Assembly (NCBI GenBank): GCA_964507855.1
Contig: CAZDQS010000001.1
Location: forward strand, 7,251 to 71,250
Length of the DNA stretch: 64,000 nucleotides
Source: an uncultured Candidatus Saccharibacteria bacterium
Lineage (GTDB): Bacteria > Patescibacteriota > Saccharimonadia > Saccharimonadales > CAZDQS01
Reading direction: 5' to 3'
How positions within the stretch are numbered: position 1 is the first letter of the stretch; each line of letters opens with the position of its first letter. The notes under the pieces are model-generated. The model did not search any database. It saw only the letters and a list, made by a program, of their open reading frames with translations, and had not been told where the DNA came from. Positions 47,391 to 57,092 of the stretch are shown in pieces. The position numbers were made by a program, and so were the translations under genes.

Positions 47391-48089
47391 TCATCTCTGA
47401 AGATACTTGTGTTGCTCGACTTTAGAGAAGTGCTCAATCGCGTAACGCAGTGCCGTCCGGGGCATCCGGGTAGCGTGATGGTCCAGAAAACCGCGCAACA
47501 CTTCTCTATCCTTCTTCCCTACCTCGCGTAGCATCCAGCCGACGGCCTTGTGCATCAGGTCGTGCGGATCGTCCAGCAACTGCTCGCTGAGCTTAATCGT
47601 GTCTGTAAAATCACCATTTCTGATAAACGCCAGGGTGGCAATGACGGCTATCCGCCGCTCCCACAAGCTGGACGATGAAGCCAGTTTATAGAGGATACTC
47701 CGATCACGCCCAAGCAGCCAGGCGCCCAAGATATGGTACGCGCTGCTGTCCACTAAATCCCAGTTATTTATGCGATGTGTGTTGGCAAGGTAGAGCTCAA
47801 CTATCTTTGCCCGCTGGTCTTCACTACACTTTTGGAACTGTAACACCAATATCAGCAAGGCTGTCAGACGGTCTTCGTGCCACTCGCTCTGAAGCAATTC
47901 CTCAAGCTGTTTGAGTGTGGTTGTGGTATAGAACCGTTTGGCAATTGTCCGCTGCTTCGGCACGGTGACACCAAGAAATTTATCGCCTTCGGCATACTGC
48001 CCAGGGCCAGCTTTAAAAAATCGTGGGAAAAAGGCCGCCTTTTCCGGGTCGGCTGCTGCGCGGAGCTCTGCTTTGATTTGCTGAATCAT
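47391..48089 (-). CDS. DNA alkylation repair protein (AlkD/AlkC-like HEAT-repeat glycosylase family)
   Basis: MIQQIKAELRAAADPEKAAFFPRFFK...YAEGDKFLGVTVP matches the N-terminus of PF08713-type proteins. Confidence 0.7.
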   Translation of the reverse strand: MIQQIKAELRAAADPEKAAFFPRFFKAGPGQYAEGDKFLGVTVPKQRTIAKRFYTTTTLKQLEELLQSEWHEDRLTALLILVLQFQKCSEDQRAKIVELYLANTHRINNWDLVDSSAYHILGAWLLGRDRSILYKLASSSSLWERRIAVIATLAFIRNGDFTDTIKLSEQLLDDPHDLMHKAVGWMLREVGKKDREVLRGFLDHHATRMPRTALRYAIEHFSKVEQHKYLQR

Positions 48090-48091
48090 AG

Positions 48092-49789
48092 CTACATTTT
48101 GTCCGGAGCCGGGATATTGAGCAGGCTTAGGCCGTTCTTCAAGACTTGCGCATAGGCCTGGACAAGCTGCAGGCGGACGGCTTCGCGCGGGTCGCCAATC
48201 ACACGGTTTTTCTCATAGAAGCGGTTAAAGGCTTGGGCCAGTTCGTACAAATAGGTGCAGACGAGATGCGGCATCAGGTCGCGCACGGCTGCGTCGACGA
48301 CTTCGGGATATTCACTGATTTTGCGCGCCAGGCTCCGCTCGCCAGGCTCCAGCACCACATCCGGCACATCCGGGCCACCGGCAGCCTTGCGCAGGATGGA
48401 CCGCGCCCGGGCATGGGCATACTGCAGGTACGGGCCGCTATTACCCTCGACGCTGACGGACTCTTTCGGGTCATAAATGATATCGCCGCCAGTCCGCTGC
48501 TTGAGGAACGCGTACTTCACGGCACCGAGCGTGACGAGCTCATCATCATTACCGGTGAGTTCGCGGTTGGCCGCTGCGGCCGCATCGAGTACATCAACAG
48601 CCCGCAAGATATTGCCTTTGCGGCTGCTCATTTTGACGCCGCCAGCCAGCTTGACGATGCCGTGCGTCAGGTGGGTTGTCGCATTGGCTAGTTCCGGCGC
48701 GAACAACTCAACCGCCTTGAGCACCACAGCCATATATTGTTCTTGTTCGTTGCCGGTAATGACGACGGAGCGATCAAAATGATAATCCTCGTACTTTTGC
48801 ATGATAAGCCCGACGTCTTTCGCTTCGTACGTCGGCAACCCTTCGCGGTTGATGAACACTCGGGTATGCAGCCCGTACTCTTCGCCCTTGAAGACAACCG
48901 CTCCGTCCGACTCTTCAAACACCGTGCCGATATGCCGCTTCACCGTCTGGAGTCCGAGATCGGCCACTGAACTTTCCGGATAAAATTTCTCAAATTGGCT
49001 GCCGATGCGGGTATAGAACTGGTTGAAGTAGGCATAGCTCCACTCCCGGCATGTCCAATAAATTTGTGCAAGTGGCGAGGTCTGGTCATTCTCGGCATGG
49101 ATGCGGTACACCTGTTTGTTCAGCTCGATAATCTTCGCCTTGGCCGTCTCGTCATCTTCATAGGCATTGGTACCTGCCACATACGCTTCCGCCATCCATT
49201 CGGATTGCTTGTCTTCAGGTATATCAGCTAGCTTGTCGGGATGCTCGCCACCGAGCTTATTAAGGATGGCCCACAGCGTCTTGCCGACATGCAAGCCCAC
49301 GTCTCCGCCAAAGTTGACCCGGTGTACCTTGGCGCCGGCCGCCTCAAACAAGTTGGCAATAGCGTCACCGACCACGCTTGTATACAAGTGTCCGGCGTGC
49401 AGCACCTTGAATGGGTTTGGATCCGAGTATTCGGCCACCACCGTTTGCCCCGCATGCAGCTCACTGCGGCCGTAGGTATCTTGCTCTTCAAGTACCCTAT
49501 CCAACTCATCAACCAGCCCGCCTGCCGGCATGGTCAGGTTTATGAACCCTGGGCCAGCAACTTCAATTTTCTCAAACACATGAGCTTCGTTCGCCTCTAA
49601 AAACGCCTTGATTTGCTCGGCTACCTCACGCGGGTTCTTACCGACTTGGCCGGCTAACTTGAGCGCCACGTTGGTAGCATAATCACCGAATTGTTCGCTG
49701 GTGCGGCTCAGCTCCGGTTCGATAGTGATATTGAACACATTTTCGCACGCTGCTTGCAGCACCTTTTTTATGTCTTCCATCGACCTCAT
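48092..49789 (-). CDS. argS: Arginine--tRNA ligase
   Basis: HIGH-type PNPFKVLHAGHL, class I core, C-terminal DALR anticodon-binding domain. Confidence 0.9.
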   Translation of the reverse strand: MRSMEDIKKVLQAACENVFNITIEPELSRTSEQFGDYATNVALKLAGQVGKNPREVAEQIKAFLEANEAHVFEKIEVAGPGFINLTMPAGGLVDELDRVLEEQDTYGRSELHAGQTVVAEYSDPNPFKVLHAGHLYTSVVGDAIANLFEAAGAKVHRVNFGGDVGLHVGKTLWAILNKLGGEHPDKLADIPEDKQSEWMAEAYVAGTNAYEDDETAKAKIIELNKQVYRIHAENDQTSPLAQIYWTCREWSYAYFNQFYTRIGSQFEKFYPESSVADLGLQTVKRHIGTVFEESDGAVVFKGEEYGLHTRVFINREGLPTYEAKDVGLIMQKYEDYHFDRSVVITGNEQEQYMAVVLKAVELFAPELANATTHLTHGIVKLAGGVKMSSRKGNILRAVDVLDAAAAANRELTGNDDELVTLGAVKYAFLKQRTGGDIIYDPKESVSVEGNSGPYLQYAHARARSILRKAAGGPDVPDVVLEPGERSLARKISEYPEVVDAAVRDLMPHLVCTYLYELAQAFNRFYEKNRVIGDPREAVRLQLVQAYAQVLKNGLSLLNIPAPDKM

Positions 49790-49798
49790 TGTAACAGA

Positions 49799-50473
49799 TT
49801 AGCGGCTGTCTGCTTGGCGGAAGATTCGTATAAAGTGCCACAGGGTGATATAGATACTGCTCAGCAGCACAAAATACACGGCCGTCGTGCTGAACGCTTG
49901 AGGATGGGCGCTCGGGTGAATAAAACGGTCTGAAATATCAAACAGCAGCCCTGCCGGATTTACGAAGATATCCCAGCTGTTCCAGCGCAGATCCCGGCCA
50001 AGGTAAATCGCAAAGCTGCTCGCGAAAAGCACCAGGCCAATAATCCCGTGCGCCACGCGCTCCGGCGCCCGCCTCAGCAATGCCCGGTGCATAAAGTACA
50101 CACTTGTATATCCGAGAATCAGCCCCGAGACGGCAAACGACATAAGCATAGCCGTGTCGTACATTAAGCTTGCGTTATCACTTGTCCGTATGTGAATCAG
50201 GTCACTCACCAGATAAAACGTGTTCGGCAAAAAGCCCAGCCATAAGAATGTCAGCCCTATGCCCTGCCAGGTCAGCCACCGCCGTTGCCGCATCCAGTTC
50301 CGGAGCAGCCACGCCAGTCCAATCGGCACCCATGCCAGCCACAAGTTCCACAGCAAAAACCAATACTTATCGCTCTGCGTTCCAATTGCTCGAAGTATAA
50401 ACAAAGCCGAGCTGACAAGTGTCGAAAAGCCGAGTGTCGCCAGTAGCCTCCCTGTTCTTCCGAGTGGCTTCAT
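49799..50473 (-). CDS. Integral membrane protein, DUF1361-like
   Basis: Multiple TM helices; WNLWLAWVPIGLAW and FLPNTFYLVSDLIH motifs; start taken at the internal ATG (50473), because the longer ORF would overlap the divergent 50523 gene. Confidence 0.45.
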   Translation of the reverse strand: MKPLGRTGRLLATLGFSTLVSSALFILRAIGTQSDKYWFLLWNLWLAWVPIGLAWLLRNWMRQRRWLTWQGIGLTFLWLGFLPNTFYLVSDLIHIRTSDNASLMYDTAMLMSFAVSGLILGYTSVYFMHRALLRRAPERVAHGIIGLVLFASSFAIYLGRDLRWNSWDIFVNPAGLLFDISDRFIHPSAHPQAFSTTAVYFVLLSSIYITLWHFIRIFRQADSR

Positions 50474-50522
50474 AGTTACAGTATACCAGCTGCTATAGTA
50501 AGAGAAGATAAGGAGAACCGTT

Positions 50523-51080
50523 ATGCGCATCATGGTCATATTAGGTAGTGCCCGCAAAGGCCGGCGAGGCGAAAAGGTGGCTCGCTTGGTCGAAAGACAC
50601 CTGCAGAGCCGTAACGATATAACCGTTGATTCCGTAGACGCCGCAACGCTCAATCTGCCCTTTTATGACGAGCCTAAAGATCCTTTCGCCCTCAATGGAA
50701 AATACGAAAACCCAGCCGGCAAAGCTTGGGCCGAGCGTGTCGGGCAAGCCGATGCTTACATCCTTGTCACTGCCGAATACAACCACGGTTACACCGCGCT
50801 GATGAAGAACACGCTCGACTGGGTCGGACCGGAATGGAGTGGCAAGCCGGTCGACTTTGTCAGCTACAGCAACGGCCGGATTGGCGGCGCCCGCGCCGTC
50901 CAGCAACTGCGCCAGGTAGTCATTAAGCTCGGTATGCTGCCGCTCTCAGCCGCAGCCCACATCAGCAACATCGACGAAAGTGTTACGGATGATGCCAAAG
51001 CCACTGACCCAGGCCTGGATAGCGCCATTGAGCGGCTGATTGACAAGCTCGTACTCTATGCTCAAAAGCTCGGAGCATAA
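50523..51080 (+). CDS. NAD(P)H-dependent FMN reductase family oxidoreductase
   Basis: MRIMVILGSARKGRRGEKVA...AYILVTAEYNHGYTALMKNTLDW matches the flavodoxin-like NADPH-FMN reductase family. Confidence 0.75.
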   Translation: MRIMVILGSARKGRRGEKVARLVERHLQSRNDITVDSVDAATLNLPFYDEPKDPFALNGKYENPAGKAWAERVGQADAYILVTAEYNHGYTALMKNTLDWVGPEWSGKPVDFVSYSNGRIGGARAVQQLRQVVIKLGMLPLSAAAHISNIDESVTDDAKATDPGLDSAIERLIDKLVLYAQKLGA

Positions 51081-51096
51081 GTTATAATAAAGGCCA

Positions 51097-51738
51097 ATGA
51101 AGCCAATTAATACCCTGCTCGATGTAGCGCGGGCAAACGTCCGCCGTTTCATGCGCCAGATAGCACGGGCCTTAAACAATGCTTCCCGCGGGAAACTACA
51201 CCCTATGACGGTGACGCTCACCGGCCTACTGGCTCACATACCAATCGCCTGGCTTATCGCAACCGAACGGCTCGCCTGGGCAGCGGCGTTGCTCGTCATC
51301 TTTGGGTTATTCGACACGCTCGACGGTGAACTGGCCCGTTTGCAGAAAAAAGCCAGTCCTGCCGGCATGCTGCTCGACGCCACCACCGACCGCATGAAAG
51401 AGGTCATCCTCTATATGGGTATCGCCTACTACCTCTTCCATTCCGGCAACCCGAACACCGATTGGCTGCTGGTTGCCGCCGTCGCTGCCACGGGCGCTTC
51501 GCTCCTCGTTAGCTACGTCAAGTCCAAGGGCGAATCAGCTGTTGCTACCAGTAACATCCCCCACCACGAGCTGAATTACCTGTTCGCCGATGGCCTGCTC
51601 CGCTTTGAAATCCGTATGTTCGCCCTCGTTGTCGGCCTACTCTTCAACCAGCTGCCGATTGCCATAGTCTTTGTGGCGGTGGGCGCGTGGCTAACTGCGC
51701 TCGAGCGCCTCGTCAAAATTAGCCGAAAGCTGGCATGA
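51097..51738 (+). CDS. CDP-alcohol phosphatidyltransferase family protein
   Basis: Exact family motif D-G-x2-A-R-x8-G-x3-D-x3-D in DTLDGELARLQKKASPAGMLLDATTD; multi-TM. Confidence 0.75.
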   Translation: MKPINTLLDVARANVRRFMRQIARALNNASRGKLHPMTVTLTGLLAHIPIAWLIATERLAWAAALLVIFGLFDTLDGELARLQKKASPAGMLLDATTDRMKEVILYMGIAYYLFHSGNPNTDWLLVAAVAATGASLLVSYVKSKGESAVATSNIPHHELNYLFADGLLRFEIRMFALVVGLLFNQLPIAIVFVAVGAWLTALERLVKISRKLA

Positions 51739-52397
51739 TAAAAGTCGATTTTCACACTCACTCGATCGCATCACCCGACGGTGGCATCACCCCGACCCAG
51801 TACGAATCAGTGCTCGAAAGTGGACTGCTCGACTGCATTGCCGTAACTGACCACAACCGTATTGACCTGGCGCTCGAGCTCCACAAGAAGCATGGCAATA
51901 AAATCATCGTCGGCGAAGAAATTATGACCAGCGAGGGCGAAATTATCGGCTTATTTTTAAAAGAGCCGATTACGCCCCACATGCCGGCGGTCGCGACGGC
52001 CAAAGCTATCAAGCAACAGGGCGGCATCGTCTACATCCCCCACCCGTTCGAAACCGTGCGCCGCGGCCTGAACGTAGAGACGCTGAACGAGCTCGTAGCG
52101 CTTGTCGACATCGTTGAGGTTCACAATGGCCGGGCAGTGTTCCAGAACAAAGGCCCGCAGGCTGCCGTCTGGACCAAACTGCACCACAAGCTGCGCGCAG
52201 CCAGCAGCGATGCCCATGGCCTAAAGGGGCTTGGCGGCAACCACACTGTAGTTGAGAAAATACCAACCGCCGAGAACTTCGCGAAAGTCCTGGCAACCGG
52301 CCACCTGATGACCAAACGCCCGCCTCTCATCACCCTGCTCTATCCAAAGGCTAATCGGCTCCGCAACCGTATCCGTCGCAGGAGTATTCAGGGGTAA
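51735..52397 (+). CDS. PHP-domain metal-dependent phosphoesterase
   Basis: MIKVDFHTHSIASPDG (His-rich motif I), DHN, HPF motifs of the PHP fold. Confidence 0.7.
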   Translation: MIKVDFHTHSIASPDGGITPTQYESVLESGLLDCIAVTDHNRIDLALELHKKHGNKIIVGEEIMTSEGEIIGLFLKEPITPHMPAVATAKAIKQQGGIVYIPHPFETVRRGLNVETLNELVALVDIVEVHNGRAVFQNKGPQAAVWTKLHHKLRAASSDAHGLKGLGGNHTVVEKIPTAENFAKVLATGHLMTKRPPLITLLYPKANRLRNRIRRRSIQG

Positions 52398-52398
52398 T

Positions 52399-52965
52399 AT
52401 GGACGAGATCCTCTTTGCAATCTGGTACTTTCTGCCGGCCGGCTTGGCCAACGCCGCCCCGGTCTTTGCGGCGAAACTGCCGCTGCTGAAGCACTGGAAT
52501 ACCCCATTGGATTTCGGCACAAGCTTCCGCGGCCAGCGGATATTCGGCGACCACAAAACCTGGCGGGGACTCCTCTTTGGCATCCTGGTTGCCGTCACAA
52601 CCGCCTGGATACAACATGCCGTCTGGAACCGCTACTACCTAGACGCGGAGTGGCTCTATTCGGCCGGGCAGACACTGGACTATTGGACACACGGCTACCT
52701 CATAATCGGCGCGCTCATGGGAGCCGGTGCACTGCTTGGCGACGCCATCAAAAGCTTCTTCAAGCGCCGCGCCAACGTGACTCCCGGCAAGAGCTGGTTC
52801 CCCTTTGACCAGATAGATTACATCATTGGCGGGTTACTCCTCAGCGCCCCGTTTGCGCCGCTGACGCTCATCGGCTACGCGGTCGTCTTTTGCGTCTGGT
52901 TTGGTTTGCACTTGGCCTCGGTCTTCATCGGCTACTACCTCGGTATCCGCGAATCGAAGATTTAA
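52399..52965 (+). CDS. CDP-archaeol synthase (CarS, DUF46)-like membrane protein
   Basis: WYFLPAGLANAAPVFAAKLP...PLDFGTSFRGQRIFGDHKTWRGLLFG resembles the conserved core of PF01864 (..PA..AN..P......P.D.G....G.RI.G..KTW.G) as I recall it; 5 TM; translationally coupled to the PHP gene (ATG 2 nt after its stop). Confidence 0.5.
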   Translation: MDEILFAIWYFLPAGLANAAPVFAAKLPLLKHWNTPLDFGTSFRGQRIFGDHKTWRGLLFGILVAVTTAWIQHAVWNRYYLDAEWLYSAGQTLDYWTHGYLIIGALMGAGALLGDAIKSFFKRRANVTPGKSWFPFDQIDYIIGGLLLSAPFAPLTLIGYAVVFCVWFGLHLASVFIGYYLGIRESKI

Positions 52966-53693
52966 GCGGCGACAAACGTCTCCAGGCAAAAAACCGCGTT
53001 AAAGTGCTCCTGATTGCCAAAGTAAGCCAACATGCCCTCAGTCTGCGAAGGCATTGCCTCGAGCGCCTTTCGCTTGATCTGACACAGTTCAGGAGTGAGC
53101 TGCAGAGCAATGGCGCACTTATCAGCTGACATCACCGGCGGCTGGTCGATATTAAAGTAAATATCGAACCGCTCATCGGCCGCCTTCAGGTACCGTTCGT
53201 AGCGATCTTTCTCTTCCACCGCATAGTAGACAGCTGGCCGCTTATCAGCGACAGCTGCGGCTGCAGTTGCCCACGCCGATATTGCACAGTGATCCGGATG
53301 CCCGGTCATGCCGTCTGGCCCGAAGGTCAGGATGGTATCTGGTTGATACTGCCTGATAAACTCCCCTATTCTCCCCGCACCTTCGGTAAGCGACACGGTA
53401 CCGCAACCACCATCCGGGTAGCCGAGCCAGAAATGCTCCGCTACTCCCATCACCGCGAGTGCTTCATCAAGCTCGTGTTCACGAATTGTCGCCAGCTGAT
53501 CCGGCGGCCACCGTTCTGCATCCTGCACGCCCGCTTCGCCGCGCGTAGCGGTCACACAAATTACTCGCTGGCCGTTCTGGACGGCCGCGGCCATGATACC
53601 TGCGCACGAAAATGTTTCATCATCCGGATGCGCCCAGACCGAGAGTATGGTTCCGAGCTGCTTGATATCCTGTGGTGTATGGAGGGGTTGCAT
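52962..53693 (-). CDS. PIG-L/LmbE-family N-acetylglucosaminyl deacetylase
   Basis: ILSVWAHPDDETFSCAG motif and the HPDH zinc-binding motif. Confidence 0.75.
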   Translation of the reverse strand: MQPLHTPQDIKQLGTILSVWAHPDDETFSCAGIMAAAVQNGQRVICVTATRGEAGVQDAERWPPDQLATIREHELDEALAVMGVAEHFWLGYPDGGCGTVSLTEGAGRIGEFIRQYQPDTILTFGPDGMTGHPDHCAISAWATAAAAVADKRPAVYYAVEEKDRYERYLKAADERFDIYFNIDQPPVMSADKCAIALQLTPELCQIKRKALEAMPSQTEGMLAYFGNQEHFNAVFCLETFVAA

Positions 53694-53740
53694 GCGGCGA
53701 TCCTCGCCTTACATGCCCTCCATGATACACCTCAAGCCAG

Positions 53741-54772
53741 TTATTCGGCGAGGGCTACTTTAAGTTTTTCAATAAGATCCACCGGCGTAGGGTTAAGGCC
53801 GTTGAGCAGCGCCACGTAGAGGCTGACGAAGTCACCAAGTGTAATCACCCACAGCAGTTGCTGCAGCAGTGTTTCACCTTGCGCTTCCACAACAATCGGG
53901 GCCGGCCGCTTGCCGCTTAAGAGCCGCTCAGAAATTTCGAACCGCTTTTGTACCCGTTCATGCTCCAGATTGCTGCGCAGATCAATAACCGCATACGGTT
54001 TTTGTACAGGGTGGCTCGTCCAGCCGAGGAACTCATTATGGTTAAACTCCGGCAGTTGGTTGCACCAGGCAACGTTTTTGGCATTCTCGTTGAAGTTAAT
54101 CTTCCATTTGTAGGCCGCCGGATAGAAGAGTGGACCGCCGTAAATGACCGCAGACTTTCCCATCACCTCCAAGGCAATTTGCTTGGCCTGGTTGTCTTTC
54201 GTTGGCACATCCGGCCGCCAGCTATTGACCTGGCCCTTCAGCCATTCCGCGGCTGCGTGCAACTCGTCGATATGCTTTTTATCAATCAATCCCAGGCCAG
54301 CAAACAACTGGACTAGCGCTGCTAGGTTGTAAAACACCGCCATCCGCGGCTGCATGCCACCCGGCAGCTGAAAGAACGGGTAGTCATGACTGGTGGCAAA
54401 CTCAATCAGCTTGCCGCCGGCCGCCACTACAACCACCTGGGCCTTGCGGCGCACCGCTTCTTCGGCAGCTGCGAGCGTCTCTTCGGTATTGCCAGAATAG
54501 CTCGATACTATAACAAGTGTTTGCTCACCAACATAGCCAGGAAGCTCGTAGTCCCGTACCACTTCAAACGGCACGGTGAGGCCCGGCCACGATTTGAGCA
54601 TAGTCGCCGCCAGGGCAGATCCACCCATGCCAGCTACGACAACGTTTGCGATGTCGGCTTTCTGCGTAAGCTGCACATCATAGGCGTGCACAAGCTGCTG
54701 CCATTGTTTCTCGGCGACACCGAGTGCATCCTGGGCGTCTTTTTCATGAATAAACTTTAGGTCATCGAGCAT
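53741..54772 (-). CDS. SIS-domain sugar-phosphate isomerase (bifunctional phosphoglucose/phosphomannose isomerase family)
   Basis: NVVVAGMGGSALAATML and VIVSSYSGNTEETLAAAEEA SIS motifs; the start is probably the internal ATG (MLDDLKF), not the ORF-track start. Confidence 0.6.
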   Translation of the reverse strand: MLDDLKFIHEKDAQDALGVAEKQWQQLVHAYDVQLTQKADIANVVVAGMGGSALAATMLKSWPGLTVPFEVVRDYELPGYVGEQTLVIVSSYSGNTEETLAAAEEAVRRKAQVVVVAAGGKLIEFATSHDYPFFQLPGGMQPRMAVFYNLAALVQLFAGLGLIDKKHIDELHAAAEWLKGQVNSWRPDVPTKDNQAKQIALEVMGKSAVIYGGPLFYPAAYKWKINFNENAKNVAWCNQLPEFNHNEFLGWTSHPVQKPYAVIDLRSNLEHERVQKRFEISERLLSGKRPAPIVVEAQGETLLQQLLWVITLGDFVSLYVALLNGLNPTPVDLIEKLKVALAE

Positions 54773-54882
54773 GGCTGCAGCTCCCTCCAAAACGGTTGTG
54801 TTTACTATTGGCACTTGGTACGATACCATTGTAAATTGAAAAAAGAATAAATGGAAACTGTCCGCCGCAGGCGGTCTAGGGG

Positions 54883-55386
54883 GTGGAAATGTTCGGACAA
54901 GACGATAAAAACAAGGATCGGGATGATATGCCAGCCAACACTGTCGCGCCAACCGCGGATGCAACACTTGGTGGTATCCCGGATGACACGAGCGTCGGCG
55001 CTACGCCAACGGTTCCAGACGATGATAAAGACGCTGCAGCAGAGCTTCCGACTGTCAGCAGCGCAGGCGCAGATAGCTTCATGTTGCCGGAAAATGACGT
55101 GAAAGCACCGTCCGCCAGTATCCCGGCTCATAGCGACGATGACGAGCTGCTTGAGATAAAGCGCGAAGCACTGGCGCAACTATCACCGCTCGTTGGTCAC
55201 TTGGATCAAGATCCCGAAGAGAAGTTCCGGACAACCATGATGATGATCCAGGCATCAGACGACCAAAGCCTCATCAAGACCGCCTATGATGCCGCTAAGC
55301 AGATAAAGGACGAGAAGGCCAAGGCCCAGGCGCTGCTCGACATCGTCAACGAAATCAACTACTTCACCCAGCAGCACAATAACTAG
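54883..55386 (+). CDS. Acidic low-complexity hypothetical protein
   Basis: 167-aa ORF, D/E/A/T-rich N-terminal half, helical C-terminal half. Confidence 0.35.
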   Translation: MEMFGQDDKNKDRDDMPANTVAPTADATLGGIPDDTSVGATPTVPDDDKDAAAELPTVSSAGADSFMLPENDVKAPSASIPAHSDDDELLEIKREALAQLSPLVGHLDQDPEEKFRTTMMMIQASDDQSLIKTAYDAAKQIKDEKAKAQALLDIVNEINYFTQQHNN

Positions 55387-55407
55387 ACAGCTGGCAAAGA
55401 AATTAAA

Positions 55408-55447
55408 AACAGCCTAGATGTAAACAATATCCAGGCTGTTTTATTTC
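55408..55447. terminator. Bidirectional rho-independent terminator between convergent genes
   Basis: AACAGCCT-(16-nt loop)-AGGCTGTT followed by TTATTT; preceded on the other strand by an A-run. Confidence 0.5.
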
Positions 55448-55458
55448 CCCTACGTCGC

Positions 55459-56016
55459 TTAGCGTTCGGCCGATACGCGCAGTTTTGCATGAAGAAGCGC
55501 TGCTCCTGCAGTAACGAGCAAGAAGATTGCGGTCATATCACCAGGACCAGTTCCCGGCAGATCACTCGCACTACCCTCAGGAGCCGACGGGGTGTCAGAG
55601 GGCTCAGTTGGTGCCGGCAGGGGTTGTACGGGCTGATCATCTGTTTCGTCGTCGCCCTGTCCGTTTTCACCAGACTGCTCATCGCCACTCTGCCCGTCAG
55701 TATCTTGTGGTGACTGGCTGCGATCTGAATCTGCCTGGGACTCTTCACTGCCCTCTTCAGTCTGGGTCGTAGCAGCATCGTCGTTACGGTCGGTTACTGC
55801 GCGGTATACCCAGCGCCCGCCGAAGAACAATCCCAGCACCAGTAGCACCGTCGCTACGAGCGTACCAGCAGCCAGCAGCCAAGCCATGCCAGTCCGGTCG
55901 CGCCGCTCGGCTTGATAATATTCATGCACCTCAGGCGGCAACGATGAATCAGTTGTGTTGTCTTTCTTCCTGTTAAATGGCCACACCATATATCCAGTCC
56001 TCTCTGTTCTACACAA
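55459..56016 (-). CDS. Small acidic surface protein with a C-terminal LPXTG sorting signal
   Basis: N-terminal TM/signal MAWLLAAGTLVATVLLVLGLFF; D/E/S/Q-rich middle; C-terminal LPGTG + hydrophobic AIFLLVTAGAALL + basic KLRVSAER. Confidence 0.5.
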   Translation of the reverse strand: MCRTERTGYMVWPFNRKKDNTTDSSLPPEVHEYYQAERRDRTGMAWLLAAGTLVATVLLVLGLFFGGRWVYRAVTDRNDDAATTQTEEGSEESQADSDRSQSPQDTDGQSGDEQSGENGQGDDETDDQPVQPLPAPTEPSDTPSAPEGSASDLPGTGPGDMTAIFLLVTAGAALLHAKLRVSAER

Positions 56017-56075
56017 ACTGTAGTATAAACTAGCTATTTGCGCAAGTAGCTTGAGGTTCTACGTGTTATACATCT

Positions 56076-57092
56076 CTATGACAGAGTGTTGTCGTCACGC
56101 ACGACGTGCACACCGCAGGGCCCAATGAGGCTATTGTCTTGTGCGACCACGTAGTATGGCAAGGTGGACGGAGCGGCCTCAGGCGTAACGCTCGCCGAAG
56201 GTGCTGATGCAGCCGACAGTCCGGCAGCATTCTTGGCCTTTACTGTAAATGTGTAAGCCGTGCCGTTGGCTAGGTCCGTAAATGCGTAGGACGTGTCAGC
56301 AGAGCCGACCAGCCGCGAAGCAGCACCGCTCTCTGGTTCGGGTGATACGGTTACCTCATAATCAGTAATCGGCGTGTCACCCTCATTCTCTGGCGCCGTC
56401 CAGGACACAGTCGCTTCCCCGTCGCCCGCAACGGCCACGACATCGGTTGGCGCGTCAGGTACGGCTCCTTCTGGTAATGGGTTATACGGGATAATTGTCC
56501 CTATGACGCGCGCCGTGGTTTCGTAGGTCTCGGTTGTATCGTAACTGCCCGGGGTTGCGGCCGTACGTACCGCAGTGGTGAGCGCTCGGTTGGCACCCTG
56601 CTCGGCCGTCCGTACGGTAAAATCATTCGTCCACGTATTAGACCAGGAGGTTACATTGTTGTTGCCGCCGATTACCGCCAGCAAGAATGCGTTGGCGGCA
56701 TCAGTCGTGACCGCCGGAATCGTACACGACGTCCCTGATTCCTGCTGGATAACCGACGGCGTGCCCGCTAGCGGATCATTATGGTCGACACCCGACAGGA
56801 AGAAAACCGCCAGCTGCTGCGGCTCATTCACTCCTTCCGTAAGCGTTACGGTTACATCCGTCTCGGTGCCGTCTGCTTCTTTGGAAAAAACACTTACGAT
56901 AAGATGTTCCCCGCTATGGCTGCGTTGAAAGTCAATCGCATAACCTGCCGGTGCATCAACACCCGGTGAATCATCAGCGGAATGCACTACCACTATTCTC
57001 GTGCCCGCCGGCACTGGATCGAACACCGCCGAGATTGAGTTCTGGGTATTGGTCGCAAAGGCAGTAACCGGTGCTTGGACTTCGGTTATCAT
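56076..57092 (-). CDS. Hypothetical protein with a C-terminal FN3 domain (4-nt ATGA overlap with the upstream beta-helix gene)
   Basis: PDAPTDVVAVAGDGEATVSWTAPENEGDTPITDYEVTV...YAFTDLANGTAYTFTVKAKNAAG is an FN3 signature. Confidence 0.5.
   Translation of the reverse strand: MITEVQAPVTAFATNTQNSISAVFDPVPAGTRIVVVHSADDSPGVDAPAGYAIDFQRSHSGEHLIVSVFSKEADGTETDVTVTLTEGVNEPQQLAVFFLSGVDHNDPLAGTPSVIQQESGTSCTIPAVTTDAANAFLLAVIGGNNNVTSWSNTWTNDFTVRTAEQGANRALTTAVRTAATPGSYDTTETYETTARVIGTIIPYNPLPEGAVPDAPTDVVAVAGDGEATVSWTAPENEGDTPITDYEVTVSPEPESGAASRLVGSADTSYAFTDLANGTAYTFTVKAKNAAGLSAASAPSASVTPEAAPSTLPYYVVAQDNSLIGPCGVHVVRDDNTLS

Noticed and set aside
54760-54900. One-base disagreement between my manual base counting and the ORF-track coordinates in this region
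   Set aside because: This is probably my counting error. Feature coordinates follow the ORF track, and internal start sites are computed from it by codon arithmetic.
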